From IMG/VR virus record IMGVR_UViG_3300027734_000042: a stretch of 64,000 nt of DNA. One strand, 5' to 3'. Every line of letters starts with the position of its first letter. Position 1 is the stretch's first letter. Both the position numbers and the translations under genes were made by a program. This DNA is from a virus. The notes under the pieces are model-generated. The model was not told the origin of the DNA. It saw only the letters and a program-made list of their open reading frames with translations, and ran no database searches. This document shows positions 29,827-40,023 of the stretch, one piece after another.

Positions 29827-32175
29827 ATGGCTAGTTACACATCAACACAAAGGTTCGTTAAGTTAACAGATTACTTGTTACTGGAGTACGATTATACTAC
29901 TGCTCCAAACCCTGAACAGTATTATGTTAACACTGGAACTCCTGCTGTTGGCTTTGAAAAAATAATAAATGGATATTTTGATAATTCCGTTCAGATACTA
30001 AACAACCCAGCATCAGAAGCAACAACTCATAACGTAAGGGATCTCAGTGTTGTACAAACTGATAAGAATAGATTTGTAACTTTAGATATGGACTACCTTG
30101 TCCAGTATCTGGATACAGATCCTAAATTAACATCAGTTTCAAATCTACCTGTGGTATTCCCTTCTAATATAGGTGTTTACTATGACAGTGTAAAATTTCA
30201 TATTATTTCCGGATATAACTTCGATAATATCGATGGTGTTATACTCCAGGTTAAATTTCAGGAAAGAACAGGTAAAAAAGCAACGGTTTTACAATTAATA
30301 ATAACTAATGCAGATGTTACATTACCTGTACTAAACCCTAACCCTATTTATTTAGGCGGTGCTTTGTACGATCATTATATAGAGGCTAAGATACCTGCTT
30401 TTGCAAATATGGTATACGAGTTTGATATTCTTGCAGGTACACCAGCACAAGCTAACACTTTAAGTGCTAAGATTTCTTCTGATGGTAAAGGATTTTTAAA
30501 AGACGCACCCGTAGAGTTTACAGTATTTGAAATAAATCAAACTGTACTTAAGAATGGCTATCAAAATTATATAGCTCAGACAAGATCACAACTTGGTATA
30601 TTTCCTAGGGACAACTATTCTTCTTTAGCTGCAGTAATACAACAGAACTCATTCTATAATTATCTTGAATATTATCCAACTTGGGACGGTAACTTCCTGG
30701 AGGACTTCTTAACAGGGGAAGGAAAAGTTGGTGTAACATATTATGTTGTTAATGAGATAGAGGTAAAAGAACAAGTTGGTTTAACTTATATTACCACTTA
30801 CAATTTTACAAACACACAAACACAAGATTTTAATGCTCCTTACATATTTAGACCTGTAATAGTAAATCCTTTATCAACATCTTTTGTTGTTAATTACACT
30901 ATGAGATTAGTAAACAAAACTAATCAGAATCAGATTATCAGGAGATCTTCTTTTAGCTCTTTGGATGTTAATAAATTTGGTAGAGAAAACAACGTAATAA
31001 CATTAACTACTGGAGCTTATGCTCAGAAGGTTTACAATAAAGTTGTACAAGCGCCTAATATCATATCTCCCGTTGGAGTTAGCCCTACTGTTGCTGCTCC
31101 TATAGAGAGAAAGGTACCTGTTTTTTATAAGGATAATAATATATCGGTAACTCAAGAGAATATCACAATAGATAAGGACGGGAACGTGGTATCTGAAACA
31201 TCATCTCCTTCTTCTGCCACAGTTTATGGACAAGGAAAAGCTAAGATATTAATCGATCCTTTTGATAATTTTTACAAATTCACGGTTTATCTTTTAAGAG
31301 ATGGAACAACTCTAGAGATATTAGATCTAGGTACATCACTCACTTATTACATGGTCTTTATTGATAATTCTGGACAGGAAGTTAGAATAGAAAATATAAA
31401 GAATAAAACTAATATTTCAAATCCTTCAGCTGGTCAAGTTGCTTTTAAATTAGTTGATACAAATTCTAAGAAAGTTTTAGGATTTTCTTCTAGGAGTTTT
31501 TATATAATTTCTAGAACACCTGATGGAATAGAGACTAAGTTATATTCGGGAACATGGCAAAATCAAGCAGAATTTTCTGCTAGTGTATCCTCATCAGGAA
31601 CTACAGGTTCTGCTGGAACTGCTGGAACTGCAGGAACAGGGGGAGTGGCTGCATCAACTACAACAGTTACTGCTACATCAACTACAGGAACAGCAACAAC
31701 TACTACCGGATCTCAAGTCACATCAAAGGTTCCTTTGACTAGAGTAATTAGACCTATTAGACCTTATGTTTTAGGAAGCAGTTCTATACTCAGTGTTAAA
31801 CCAACTTCAGAAGTTAACACGACAGGAGGATACGTTAATACAAAGAATTCTAATAATGTAAATGCTTCAAATACTAAATCTAGCACACAATCTAATAACA
31901 TAGATATTGCATCACTTGCGGATTCTATATCTGGTAAGGAAGCACAGGGATTAAATGTACAGAAGGTAGTTAACTATTATTTCACTCCAGGAGCACCTGG
32001 AGCGGTTTTATTTAAAGGTATAAAACCTAGTGAATTCTTAACTTCAGCTTTACAAGTACATCCTAAATTAGAGAATGGTTCATTTGATCCAATTTACATA
32101 CAATATTGTAATGCTTTAGATTTTCCAATAACTAATGATCCTACTGCAGCAGCAAATAAGGGAAAAGGAAAATAA
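29827..32175 (+). CDS. hypothetical protein, probably structural, with S/T/G low-complexity linker
   Basis: 782 aa beta-rich protein with linker SSSGTTGSAGTAGTAGTGG...TTTTGS; precedes the tail-tube-fold gene. Confidence 0.55.
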   Translation: MASYTSTQRFVKLTDYLLLEYDYTTAPNPEQYYVNTGTPAVGFEKIINGYFDNSVQILNNPASEATTHNVRDLSVVQTDKNRFVTLDMDYLVQYLDTDPKLTSVSNLPVVFPSNIGVYYDSVKFHIISGYNFDNIDGVILQVKFQERTGKKATVLQLIITNADVTLPVLNPNPIYLGGALYDHYIEAKIPAFANMVYEFDILAGTPAQANTLSAKISSDGKGFLKDAPVEFTVFEINQTVLKNGYQNYIAQTRSQLGIFPRDNYSSLAAVIQQNSFYNYLEYYPTWDGNFLEDFLTGEGKVGVTYYVVNEIEVKEQVGLTYITTYNFTNTQTQDFNAPYIFRPVIVNPLSTSFVVNYTMRLVNKTNQNQIIRRSSFSSLDVNKFGRENNVITLTTGAYAQKVYNKVVQAPNIISPVGVSPTVAAPIERKVPVFYKDNNISVTQENITIDKDGNVVSETSSPSSATVYGQGKAKILIDPFDNFYKFTVYLLRDGTTLEILDLGTSLTYYMVFIDNSGQEVRIENIKNKTNISNPSAGQVAFKLVDTNSKKVLGFSSRSFYIISRTPDGIETKLYSGTWQNQAEFSASVSSSGTTGSAGTAGTAGTGGVAASTTTVTATSTTGTATTTTGSQVTSKVPLTRVIRPIRPYVLGSSSILSVKPTSEVNTTGGYVNTKNSNNVNASNTKSSTQSNNIDIASLADSISGKEAQGLNVQKVVNYYFTPGAPGAVLFKGIKPSEFLTSALQVHPKLENGSFDPIYIQYCNALDFPITNDPTAAANKGKGK

Positions 32176-32185
32176 TACAAAGTAG

Positions 32186-32737
32186 ATGATTTTAAATGCT
32201 AGGCAGAATGGTTTTATCTTTAACTTCCCGAAGTCTTTTATTTCGGATGAAGTAATAGCCAAATATGAGGGATACATTAAAAGAATGCCTATCCCTTACG
32301 ACACAGTTAACGATTTCATTAACGCTACTATACAGCAGGTAAACTTTCCTACTCTTAGAACTATTGATACTACGGAGCAAATAAGACCTGGCGGTTTTAA
32401 GCAAAGTTACAAAAGTGCAACAACGCTGCAAAACTTAATTCAAAGAGATTTCACAGTTACTTTTAAGCTAGGAGAGGGGTTTATTAATTATTGGGTTATT
32501 TACGAGAACATGGTTAAGTTCCTGGACTTTCAGAATCCCGAACAATATCTTCCAGATTTTAGACTTCTGCTATTGGATAACGAAGGTATTATTATGGCTA
32601 GTGTTATCTTACAACAACCAATATTTACTTCTCTGTCGGAGATTCAATTAAACTATGCCTCTTCAACCCCACAATTCTCGACATTCAGTGTGGGCTTTAA
32701 ATGTAATTACGTAAACCTAAAACTAGAAATTGGATAA
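32186..32737 (+). CDS. tail tube-fold protein (gp3 tail terminator / gp19-like)
   Basis: IQQVNFP, FTVTFKLGEGFINYWVIYE, FRLLLLDNEG and TSLSEIQLNY...FSVGFKCNY follow the gp3/gp19 pattern; 183 aa. Confidence 0.65.
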   Translation: MILNARQNGFIFNFPKSFISDEVIAKYEGYIKRMPIPYDTVNDFINATIQQVNFPTLRTIDTTEQIRPGGFKQSYKSATTLQNLIQRDFTVTFKLGEGFINYWVIYENMVKFLDFQNPEQYLPDFRLLLLDNEGIIMASVILQQPIFTSLSEIQLNYASSTPQFSTFSVGFKCNYVNLKLEIG

Positions 32738-33410
32738 TATAATCGGAATAGATTTCTCATTAAATAGTCCTGGATTTTGTATACTAACAGAAACGGACTG
32801 TAAATGGATAAGCCTACATAGAACAACTAACATCATAGATAAGATGTTAAAAAAAGACGGATCACCTTTTAAAGTCTTAGGTGATAATGGTACAGTTAGT
32901 ATTAATATCATACAGAAAAAAGAATTCACGGGAGAGTACCATGATAAGGAAAGACAGAAGATATTAAATGCAATATACTTTTCAGAAATTGCATTGGATT
33001 TATTAGATCCGTATCTTAACCAAAATTCTATAGTTGGTATGGAGGGTTTATCTTTTGGATCTAGCGGTAATTCATTAATAGATATTTCTATGACTACAGC
33101 ACTTATTAGAGCTGGTGTAGTTAAAAGAATAAATCCCGATAATTTCTATGTGATTTCACCAACAACTCTTAAGAAGTTTGCAGTTAAAGGAAATGCTAAA
33201 AAGGACGAACTATATAATGCCTTATTGGAGAAAAAATCAGGGGATGAAAGAATCAAGCCTCTTTTGAAGATACTAAGTGAATATAAAGACACATGGATAA
33301 AAGGAGCAGGTAAGGTGGAAAACCCATGCTCAGATATAATTGATGCAACCTGGATTTGTTTTTTTCTAGATGAAAATTTAGAGAAACTTTTGACAGGCAG
33401 CAAGATATAA
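32730..33410 (+). CDS. RuvC-like Holliday junction resolvase (RNase H fold)
   Basis: IIGIDFSLNSPG, MEGLSFGS, PTTLKKFAVKGNAKKDE and DIIDA catalytic motifs. Confidence 0.8.
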   Translation: MDNIIGIDFSLNSPGFCILTETDCKWISLHRTTNIIDKMLKKDGSPFKVLGDNGTVSINIIQKKEFTGEYHDKERQKILNAIYFSEIALDLLDPYLNQNSIVGMEGLSFGSSGNSLIDISMTTALIRAGVVKRINPDNFYVISPTTLKKFAVKGNAKKDELYNALLEKKSGDERIKPLLKILSEYKDTWIKGAGKVENPCSDIIDATWICFFLDENLEKLLTGSKI

Positions 33411-33411
33411 C
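33383..33411 (+). promoter_or_regulatory. putative middle-type promoter GAAAC-N18-TATAAC
   Basis: Bipartite motif ending 28 nt before the gp32 ATG. Confidence 0.5.
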
Positions 33412-33439
33412 TATTAATTAAAAACAAATTAGAAAAATT

Positions 33440-34414
33440 ATGGAAAATTACGGAGAAAATCAGGATTTCGACATCTTTAACTTAGATAACGAAGCATTTG
33501 TTAAACAGGAAGTAAAAAAGGACGAGGACGAGTTTTTATACAAACCTTATCCAGAACTAGGAAAAGACGGTGTTTATAAATCTCTAGTGAGATTTTTACC
33601 TAACATCACTAATCCGAAAAAATCTAAGGTCCACCAATATTATGTTTGGTTAAAGGATCCAGTAGACGGAGCTAATCACAAAGCTATTTGCCCTTCTACT
33701 GTTGGAAAAAAATCAATTCTTAAAGACATCTTTTGGAAGCTTAAGAATTCAGCTTCTGCTAAAGACCAGGAGCTTGCTAAATCATTCTCAAGAAAAGAAG
33801 ATTTTTATTCTTTAATTCAAGTAGTTAAAGATGCAAATCGCCCTGATCTAGAAGGAAAAATTTTAATATTCAAGTTTGGTAGAAAGGTTAACGATATGAT
33901 CGAACAACAAATCAAACCTGAATTCGGTAACCCATCTAACCCATATGATTTATTCGAAGGTAAAAACTTTGGATTACATGTAAGAAAAGTTGGAGAATGG
34001 AACAACTACGACCTTTGCCAATTCGTTGGCGATAAAATGTCTTTGCTTGTTGAAGGAAATCCTGTTGAAAAAACAGAGGAAGGAAGAGACTCAGTTATGG
34101 CATATTTAAAGACAGGTCCTTTGGATCTTGATAAATTTGATTATAGTGATTGGTCAAGTGAAGAAAACGAAAAAATCATGAGAATCATTAGAAACACTAT
34201 TCCAGATGGAAGATTGGTTGCTGAGATTATCGGAGGAAGCGCAGATTCTAAGCCATCTTCACCATCTGCATCTGCTGATTCATTCTTTGAAGAAGCAAAC
34301 GAAAGAAGCTCAACCTCAACTTTTGAAGAGGAAGAAGCTCCTGCTGATAAACCAGCTAAAACACCAACTAAAAAAGCTAGTCCTTCTCTAGACGATTTAT
34401 ATAACGATCTATAA
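33440..34414 (+). CDS. gp32: single-stranded DNA-binding protein, T4 gp32-like
   Basis: VRFLP, CPSTVG, VVKDANRPDLEGKILIFKFGRKV, PYDLFEGKNF.L...KVGEWNNYD motifs and an acidic C-terminal tail. Confidence 0.9.
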   Translation: MENYGENQDFDIFNLDNEAFVKQEVKKDEDEFLYKPYPELGKDGVYKSLVRFLPNITNPKKSKVHQYYVWLKDPVDGANHKAICPSTVGKKSILKDIFWKLKNSASAKDQELAKSFSRKEDFYSLIQVVKDANRPDLEGKILIFKFGRKVNDMIEQQIKPEFGNPSNPYDLFEGKNFGLHVRKVGEWNNYDLCQFVGDKMSLLVEGNPVEKTEEGRDSVMAYLKTGPLDLDKFDYSDWSSEENEKIMRIIRNTIPDGRLVAEIIGGSADSKPSSPSASADSFFEEANERSSTSTFEEEEAPADKPAKTPTKKASPSLDDLYNDL

Positions 34415-34434
34415 TATAATAAAAATGGATCGAT

Positions 34435-35508
34435 ATGGAATCAAAGACTGTAAGCAACCTATCTGTAGATAGAGTTAAAGGAATAGTTTCCTCAGCTTTG
34501 CTTAAGTTTTTTGGGAGTGACTCACAGAGATTAAAAATCTATCAAGGGGGCAACAGATTAAACTTCTGTTGCCCTTATTGTGGTGATTCAACTGACGCAA
34601 AGAAAAAAAGAGGTAACTTATATACTGATACTCTTACCTATAAATGTTATAATGGTGGATGCGGGATATTTAAAAATCTAAATCAATTTACTCGTGATTT
34701 CGAAATACAATCTCTTCTTTCAAGTGATGAGATTGCAGAGATTGCAGAGATATCTAGAAATTCCACTATAAGGAAAAAAATAAGAAATTCCTTAGACTAC
34801 TTCTTTTCGGAAAACTACAAGGATATTCTGGTTAGCAGAGATTATCTGAAACATAAATTAAATCTTAAAGAGGTTACTGGAACTTTCGCTGAAAAATGGA
34901 TTCTAGAAAGAAATCATGTACCCGATGCTAAATTTTTGTGGGATCCTAATAGGAAGAACCTTTATCTTTTAAATCTTTCGGGAGATGATACAAAAGTAAT
35001 CGGATTACAGGTAAGACCTATAGTAAAGAAAAACGGAGGTAGCAAATATTACACTTACAAACTAAGTGGAATATACAAGAACCTATTAAAGGAGACTAAT
35101 CCCGAAATAATACTTAAAGCTGAAGAGGTTGATCCTATATCTAGTGTATTTGGATTCTCTACTGTGGATCTTGATTCTATGATCACTGTTTTCGAAGGAC
35201 CTATGGATGCTTGGCTTTGTCCTAACTCAATAGCTCTTTGCTCTATCAATAATCCTTTCCCTTTTGATGTCACTAATAAAAGATGGATGCTGGACGGAGA
35301 TGGAATAGGAAGACAAAAATCAAGAGAGTTTTTAGAAAATGATGAACAGGTATTTTTATGGGGTAAATTCATAAAAGATTGTGATTTACCAGAAAGGGAT
35401 AAATGGGATCTAAATGATATAGTTAACTATGTTAAATCCACAGGAAAGAAGATCAAAAGACTTGATAATTATTTCTCTGCTGATAAATGGGATATTATAG
35501 ATATATGA
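34435..35508 (+). CDS. gp61: DNA primase, T4 gp61-like
   Basis: Zn finger CPYCGDS...YKCYNGGC; TOPRIM motifs VFEGPMDA and MLDGD; KWDLND. Confidence 0.85.
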   Translation: MESKTVSNLSVDRVKGIVSSALLKFFGSDSQRLKIYQGGNRLNFCCPYCGDSTDAKKKRGNLYTDTLTYKCYNGGCGIFKNLNQFTRDFEIQSLLSSDEIAEIAEISRNSTIRKKIRNSLDYFFSENYKDILVSRDYLKHKLNLKEVTGTFAEKWILERNHVPDAKFLWDPNRKNLYLLNLSGDDTKVIGLQVRPIVKKNGGSKYYTYKLSGIYKNLLKETNPEIILKAEEVDPISSVFGFSTVDLDSMITVFEGPMDAWLCPNSIALCSINNPFPFDVTNKRWMLDGDGIGRQKSREFLENDEQVFLWGKFIKDCDLPERDKWDLNDIVNYVKSTGKKIKRLDNYFSADKWDIIDI

Positions 35509-35690
35509 AAGCTAAAGTTAACAATGGTAAATTTAAATTTCCGGTAGAGATTAAAGGAGAAATAGAACTACCCGATTTGGATATTTCTGAAAATTTTTCT
35601 AATTCTGTAGTAAAAGATAAGATAGATTCAAAAGTTAAAGAAATTTGTAAAATAAAGAAGAAAAAATGTCGGAGCAACAACCTAATGTAG
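35505..35690 (+). CDS. small hypothetical protein
   Basis: ATGA overlap with the primase stop (ATG 35505); fills the gap to uvsY. Confidence 0.45.
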   Translation: MKAKVNNGKFKFPVEIKGEIELPDLDISENFSNSVVKDKIDSKVKEICKIKKKKCRSNNLM

Positions 35691-36124
35691 AGAAAAAAGA
35701 TTTCGATAAGGGATTCCAAATAGAAAGAGAAGAATGGACGGAAAAAATTAGAGAGCTTTCTATTAGAATGAAAAATATTAGAGAGCTGGCTGATGTCCAG
35801 GTCGATCTTTATTATAATAGACAGATACTATTAGAATACTCTTCTAAGTTAGGACAGGTAATGAGCAAGCTTAACGCTAAATTCAGAAAAGATAAGTCTA
35901 GCAGATTAAAATACTATTCTGAAATGTCTCAAGTAAAATACGGAGCTAATGAAAAAACCCCTCTAATTGAAGGGGATCTTTCTGAATTAAAAGAAAGAAT
36001 GGATCTTGTAAATGAACATATATCTTTCCTCAACGAGACAATGAAGACCATTGATTTTATGCTTTATGGGGTAAAAGACAGAATAAAGTTACAGGAATTT
36101 TTATCAGGCAATACTTCCAATTAG
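35666..36124 (+). CDS. uvsY: recombination mediator, UvsY-like
   Basis: 152-aa all-helical protein with RLKYY and C-terminal FLNETMKTIDFMLYGVKDRIKLQEF pattern; located upstream of uvsW. Confidence 0.6.
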   Translation: MSEQQPNVEKKDFDKGFQIEREEWTEKIRELSIRMKNIRELADVQVDLYYNRQILLEYSSKLGQVMSKLNAKFRKDKSSRLKYYSEMSQVKYGANEKTPLIEGDLSELKERMDLVNEHISFLNETMKTIDFMLYGVKDRIKLQEFLSGNTSN

Positions 36125-36650
36125 ATTCTACATTTTATTCCATATAAAAAATATATTAGAACAAGGGCTTGAACCTATTATAATTAAATATAAAGATAAT
36201 CTTATTGAAGCTGATTCGTTTGAAATTGAAAAAAATATGATAGAATTAATAGGTAGAAAAGATTTATCTAGAGGTCCTTTAAGGAATTTAAGCAACGGGG
36301 GAGAAGGAAATGGCGAAAGAAAATTTACAGATGAACACAGGAAGAATATAAGTATTTCAAAAAAAGGAATAGTTACTGAAAAAATTAGAGAAAATCTTAA
36401 AGGAATACATAAAAGAATGCTGGGAAATCAAAGAACCCTTGGTTTTAAATTTTCAGAGGAGAGTAAAAAAAAATTGGTGGAATCTCATTATAAGCCTGTT
36501 TTTCAGATAGGATTAGATGGTGAAATATTAAATGAGTTTCCCTCTATAAAAGATGCTGAGTCTTACATTGGGGTATCAATTAAAAAAGTACTTAGAGGTG
36601 GCGGAAAAACTGCTGGGGGATTTCTCTGGAAGTATAAAAATAATTACTAG
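36123..36650 (+). pseudogene. 5'-truncated GIY-YIG-type homing endonuclease with NUMOD3- and NUMOD1-like DNA-binding domains
   Basis: The frame of ORF 36237 is open upstream (IKNILEQGLEPIIIKYKDNLIEADSFEIEKNMIELIGRKDLSRGPLRNLSNGGEG) but has no ATG or GIY/YIG strands before the stop at 36084; FTDEHRKNIS and FSEESKKKL (NUMOD3-like); KPVFQIGLDGEILNEFPSIKDAE...KTAGGFLWKY (NUMOD1-like). Confidence 0.7.
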
Positions 36651-36652
36651 TA

Positions 36653-38194
36653 ATGTTAAAATTTGTAGTATGTGAAGATAAAAATTGGTTAAGCCTTATA
36701 GATTACGATGAGGAGTTTGAGAGAAAACAAATTGAGATATCATTAACTAGAAAAATACATAATCACTTTTTCCATCCATTGGTTAAGAAAAAACATTGGG
36801 ATGGGGCAATATGCTTTGTTGATAAAAGACTTCCTATATGGAGAGTTCCTATCGGATTATGGTCTGAGATTTATCATATATGTCAAAAATATAAAATAGA
36901 AATTCAGATAGACGGATTAGGACAAATAATAGACAACGAATTTACACTAGAGTCTTATACTGAATGGTGTAATGAATTTTTTAAAGACGGAGTTGGCGGC
37001 GATCCTAATAAAATGCCAAGAGATTATCAAATAGAAACTGCTTGGAAGATTATCAAGTTTAAACTATCAGTTTCAGAGGTGGCAACAAGTTCAGGAAAGA
37101 CCCTTATAGCTTTTATGGTAATGGCTTATCTTAAAGAGGTACTAAAGGTTAAAAAATTCTTGATGGTTGTGCCTAACACTAACTTAGTTATTCAAGGATC
37201 TGAGGATTTTGAAGAGTATGGATTAGAAAAATTAGAAGACTGTGAGATTCAACAAATTCATGGTGCAAATAAGAAGAAAATTCCAGGGGGATTAATGATA
37301 GGTACTTATCAATCACTTGTTAAAATGGATCCTGATTTTTTCGATGATGTTGAGGCAGTATTTGTGGATGAGTGTCACCAAGCCCAAAGTGCATCTATTA
37401 AAAAGGTAGTTGCATTATGTAAAGACTCTAAATGGAGATTTGGTTTATCCGGAACATTAGCTAATAAAAATACAGCGGAGTATTTAACTATTCAGCAATT
37501 CTTAGGACCCTTGATTATGGAGATATCTCCTAAATTCCTATTTGATAATAATTATGCTACACCAGTTTCAATTAAGATAGTTAAAATGGACTGGATGGAT
37601 CCAGAGGTTAAAGAAAAACTATCTAAGCTTAAGGAGGAAAAAAACGAGATGGAAGGTAATGAGCTTTTTAATCTCGAAAGAAAACTTGTTGTTAATTCTG
37701 ATAAGAGACTTAATTATATTATCAACTTTGTTCTTAAGACATCTAAAAATTCGTTAATACTTTTCCAGTCTGTGGGAGAAGGGTACGGCAAAAGAATATA
37801 CGAGGGTATTCGTGACAGATCTAGCGATAGGGAGGTTTATTATATAGACGGGGATACTGATCCTGACAAGAGAGATATTTTTACAAAAAAAATGGAAGAG
37901 GGTATTAATAAAATAATGGTAGCTTCTTTTGGTACTATGTCTACTGGTATTTCAGTTAAGAACATACATAATATATTTCTTACCGAATCATACAAATCTG
38001 AGGTTTTAATTAAACAAAGTCTAGGAAGGGGCATGAGACTATATGATGGCAAGGAGAAAGTAAATATTATAGATTTTGTAGATGACTTCAGTTGGGAAGG
38101 CAAGGATAATTATTTAATGAAGCATTCCAAGGAAAGAATAGAAATTTATAAAAAAGAACAATTCGAGTACAAGATATATGAGATCAAAATTTAG
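36653..38194 (+). CDS. uvsW: SF2 DNA helicase UvsW
   Basis: PRDYQ, ATSSGKT, VDECH, GLSGT, STGISVKNIH and QSLGRGMR motifs. Confidence 0.92.
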   Translation: MLKFVVCEDKNWLSLIDYDEEFERKQIEISLTRKIHNHFFHPLVKKKHWDGAICFVDKRLPIWRVPIGLWSEIYHICQKYKIEIQIDGLGQIIDNEFTLESYTEWCNEFFKDGVGGDPNKMPRDYQIETAWKIIKFKLSVSEVATSSGKTLIAFMVMAYLKEVLKVKKFLMVVPNTNLVIQGSEDFEEYGLEKLEDCEIQQIHGANKKKIPGGLMIGTYQSLVKMDPDFFDDVEAVFVDECHQAQSASIKKVVALCKDSKWRFGLSGTLANKNTAEYLTIQQFLGPLIMEISPKFLFDNNYATPVSIKIVKMDWMDPEVKEKLSKLKEEKNEMEGNELFNLERKLVVNSDKRLNYIINFVLKTSKNSLILFQSVGEGYGKRIYEGIRDRSSDREVYYIDGDTDPDKRDIFTKKMEEGINKIMVASFGTMSTGISVKNIHNIFLTESYKSEVLIKQSLGRGMRLYDGKEKVNIIDFVDDFSWEGKDNYLMKHSKERIEIYKKEQFEYKIYEIKI

Positions 38195-38200
38195 ATTTTG

Positions 38201-38208
38201 GATATATA
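38201..38208 (+). promoter_or_regulatory. putative late promoter (GATATATA)
   Basis: Intergenic, 21 nt before ATG 38230. Confidence 0.6.
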
Positions 38209-38229
38209 AAAGGAAAGAAAAGAATCTCG

Positions 38230-38829
38230 ATGAAAAATATTAAAGATTACGAAAGATTTTGTCTTAATGAAGCGGAAGAAATAATGTGGTCTAGGCATCT
38301 TGGAAACAATGCCAATAGTTACGAGGATAGAGCTAAAAATTATTATAATTTGTCTAGCAACCCAAGTATACTTTCTAAAGCACAGAATTTCTTCCAGAAA
38401 ATGGAGGATAGAATTAACAATATGGCTAGAGTAGGTAAAGGACTTGCTCAACAAAATAGATCTGGTAGAACTGGTGATTTAGATACTGGATACGAAAATC
38501 TATTTGGGCTTGTTTCTGTTGTTCCTAGCGTTCTTAAAAGAGTATTTGGACCAACTAAGTTTGAGGTAGCTAAAAGTGCACCAGCAAATGATAGCGAGGT
38601 CAATCTTGAATTCATGAGACACACTAATGAGGATTTTGCTAAGAGTGAACTTCCTAATATTAGATCAGAAAAACAATTAGAAGACAATATCGCTGACCTT
38701 TATCAAAAAGGTGAAGTTAAAAAAGGTGAAGTACCTGTTCTTGATGATATAGCAATGAATAGAATCAATCTATATTACACGAGGCAAGAAACGCCAAACC
38801 AGCCAATATTCCAACCAAATAATCTATAA
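38230..38829 (+). CDS. hypothetical protein with CTS-like N-terminal tag (candidate internal head protein)
   Basis: Starts MKNIKDYERFCLNE; preceded by GATATATA. Confidence 0.7.
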   Translation: MKNIKDYERFCLNEAEEIMWSRHLGNNANSYEDRAKNYYNLSSNPSILSKAQNFFQKMEDRINNMARVGKGLAQQNRSGRTGDLDTGYENLFGLVSVVPSVLKRVFGPTKFEVAKSAPANDSEVNLEFMRHTNEDFAKSELPNIRSEKQLEDNIADLYQKGEVKKGEVPVLDDIAMNRINLYYTRQETPNQPIFQPNNL

Positions 38830-38831
38830 AA

Positions 38832-39575
38832 ATGAAAAAATTCTCTTCAATAGTAGAAAAGAAAAAACAAGAATTACACGAAAATCAAGTAATCAACGAG
38901 AGAAATCTTTATCTCGACTTTGCAAAGAAATACCATAAAAAACAGGGTGTATCTGGACCTTTCGATAAAAAATTCCAAGGTGATAAAAAAGCTCAGGAAG
39001 AATATATGGAAGGCCTAGGTAAAGCTTGGGCAGAGCACAAGGAAAAGAAAGGTATCAAAAATAAGTCTGAAAAGGGTAAGTTCGATTTTGCTAAGAAAAA
39101 AATGAACGAATCTAAGGCTTTTGATATGGCTAAGCAAATGATAGGTGACGGTGGAGATCCTAACTATCACTTCGTTACAATGTGTGACGACTATCTTTTT
39201 GAAAAAGATGGAGAAATGATAAGATACAGCAAAGATATGATGTCTGCGCCGCTTAAAATCAAAACTACACCTACTTTAGGAGCTTATACATTCGGGCCTT
39301 TTATGAATATTGAAGAATCTAAAATGTTTGCTGCTAGCATAGAGCTAGACGAGATCAATGGACCTAGAATGGTTACTATTGAGGACAGAAAAACAGGTGA
39401 GGTTTTCAGTAAGTATTTAACTTGCAAACTTCAACCAGTTTGGGATGAGCACGAAGAGGAAAGCTTTGAATCTATGGAAGATTCAGATGATGAAGAATTT
39501 GAAGATCCTAGTGCAGAATACACATACGGTGAAGAGACTGAAGACGAAGAAACAGAAGACGGAGAGGAAGAATAA
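38832..39575 (+). CDS. hypothetical protein with multiple hydrophobic-x-E sites and acidic tail (candidate internal head protein)
   Basis: MKKFSSIVE start; LHE, INE and MNE sites; D/E-rich C-terminus. Confidence 0.65.
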   Translation: MKKFSSIVEKKKQELHENQVINERNLYLDFAKKYHKKQGVSGPFDKKFQGDKKAQEEYMEGLGKAWAEHKEKKGIKNKSEKGKFDFAKKKMNESKAFDMAKQMIGDGGDPNYHFVTMCDDYLFEKDGEMIRYSKDMMSAPLKIKTTPTLGAYTFGPFMNIEESKMFAASIELDEINGPRMVTIEDRKTGEVFSKYLTCKLQPVWDEHEEESFESMEDSDDEEFEDPSAEYTYGEETEDEETEDGEEE

Positions 39576-39578
39576 AAA

Positions 39579-40022
39579 ATGCTAACCCATTCACAAAGTC
39601 AAGCACTCTATCCTGTACTACAACACTACACAGGAACTAAGATAGTTTCTATCTCTGATAGAGGAGATGAACTTATCTTTAGCAATTCTTGGGGTCAATC
39701 AGGATTATTAGTTGAAGATAATAATGGGGATTGGGAAATAATAATAGGACAGGAATTAGTTGATCGGATTGAAAAAGATGTCTTTGAAGCTTTAGTTAAG
39801 CCTAGAGTAAAAAGCAACATTGAGGAATATATTAAGATTTTAGAACATTTAACTAATGATTCAAATGTAAGTTACAGATCTAAAGTTTTAGTTTCTCAGA
39901 TACTTGGTATACTAGAAGAATTTATTTTAAATTCTAATTTTTTACCCAAGAAAGAAATAAAGTTTGGGCCTTTTTGGATTTTTAACTATAAAGGAAATAA
40001 GTTTATAAACTCATTAAATTAA
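39579..40022 (+). CDS. hypothetical protein
   Basis: 147-aa ORF tightly packed between neighbours. Confidence 0.65.
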   Translation: MLTHSQSQALYPVLQHYTGTKIVSISDRGDELIFSNSWGQSGLLVEDNNGDWEIIIGQELVDRIEKDVFEALVKPRVKSNIEEYIKILEHLTNDSNVSYRSKVLVSQILGILEEFILNSNFLPKKEIKFGPFWIFNYKGNKFINSLN

Positions 40023-40023
40023 A

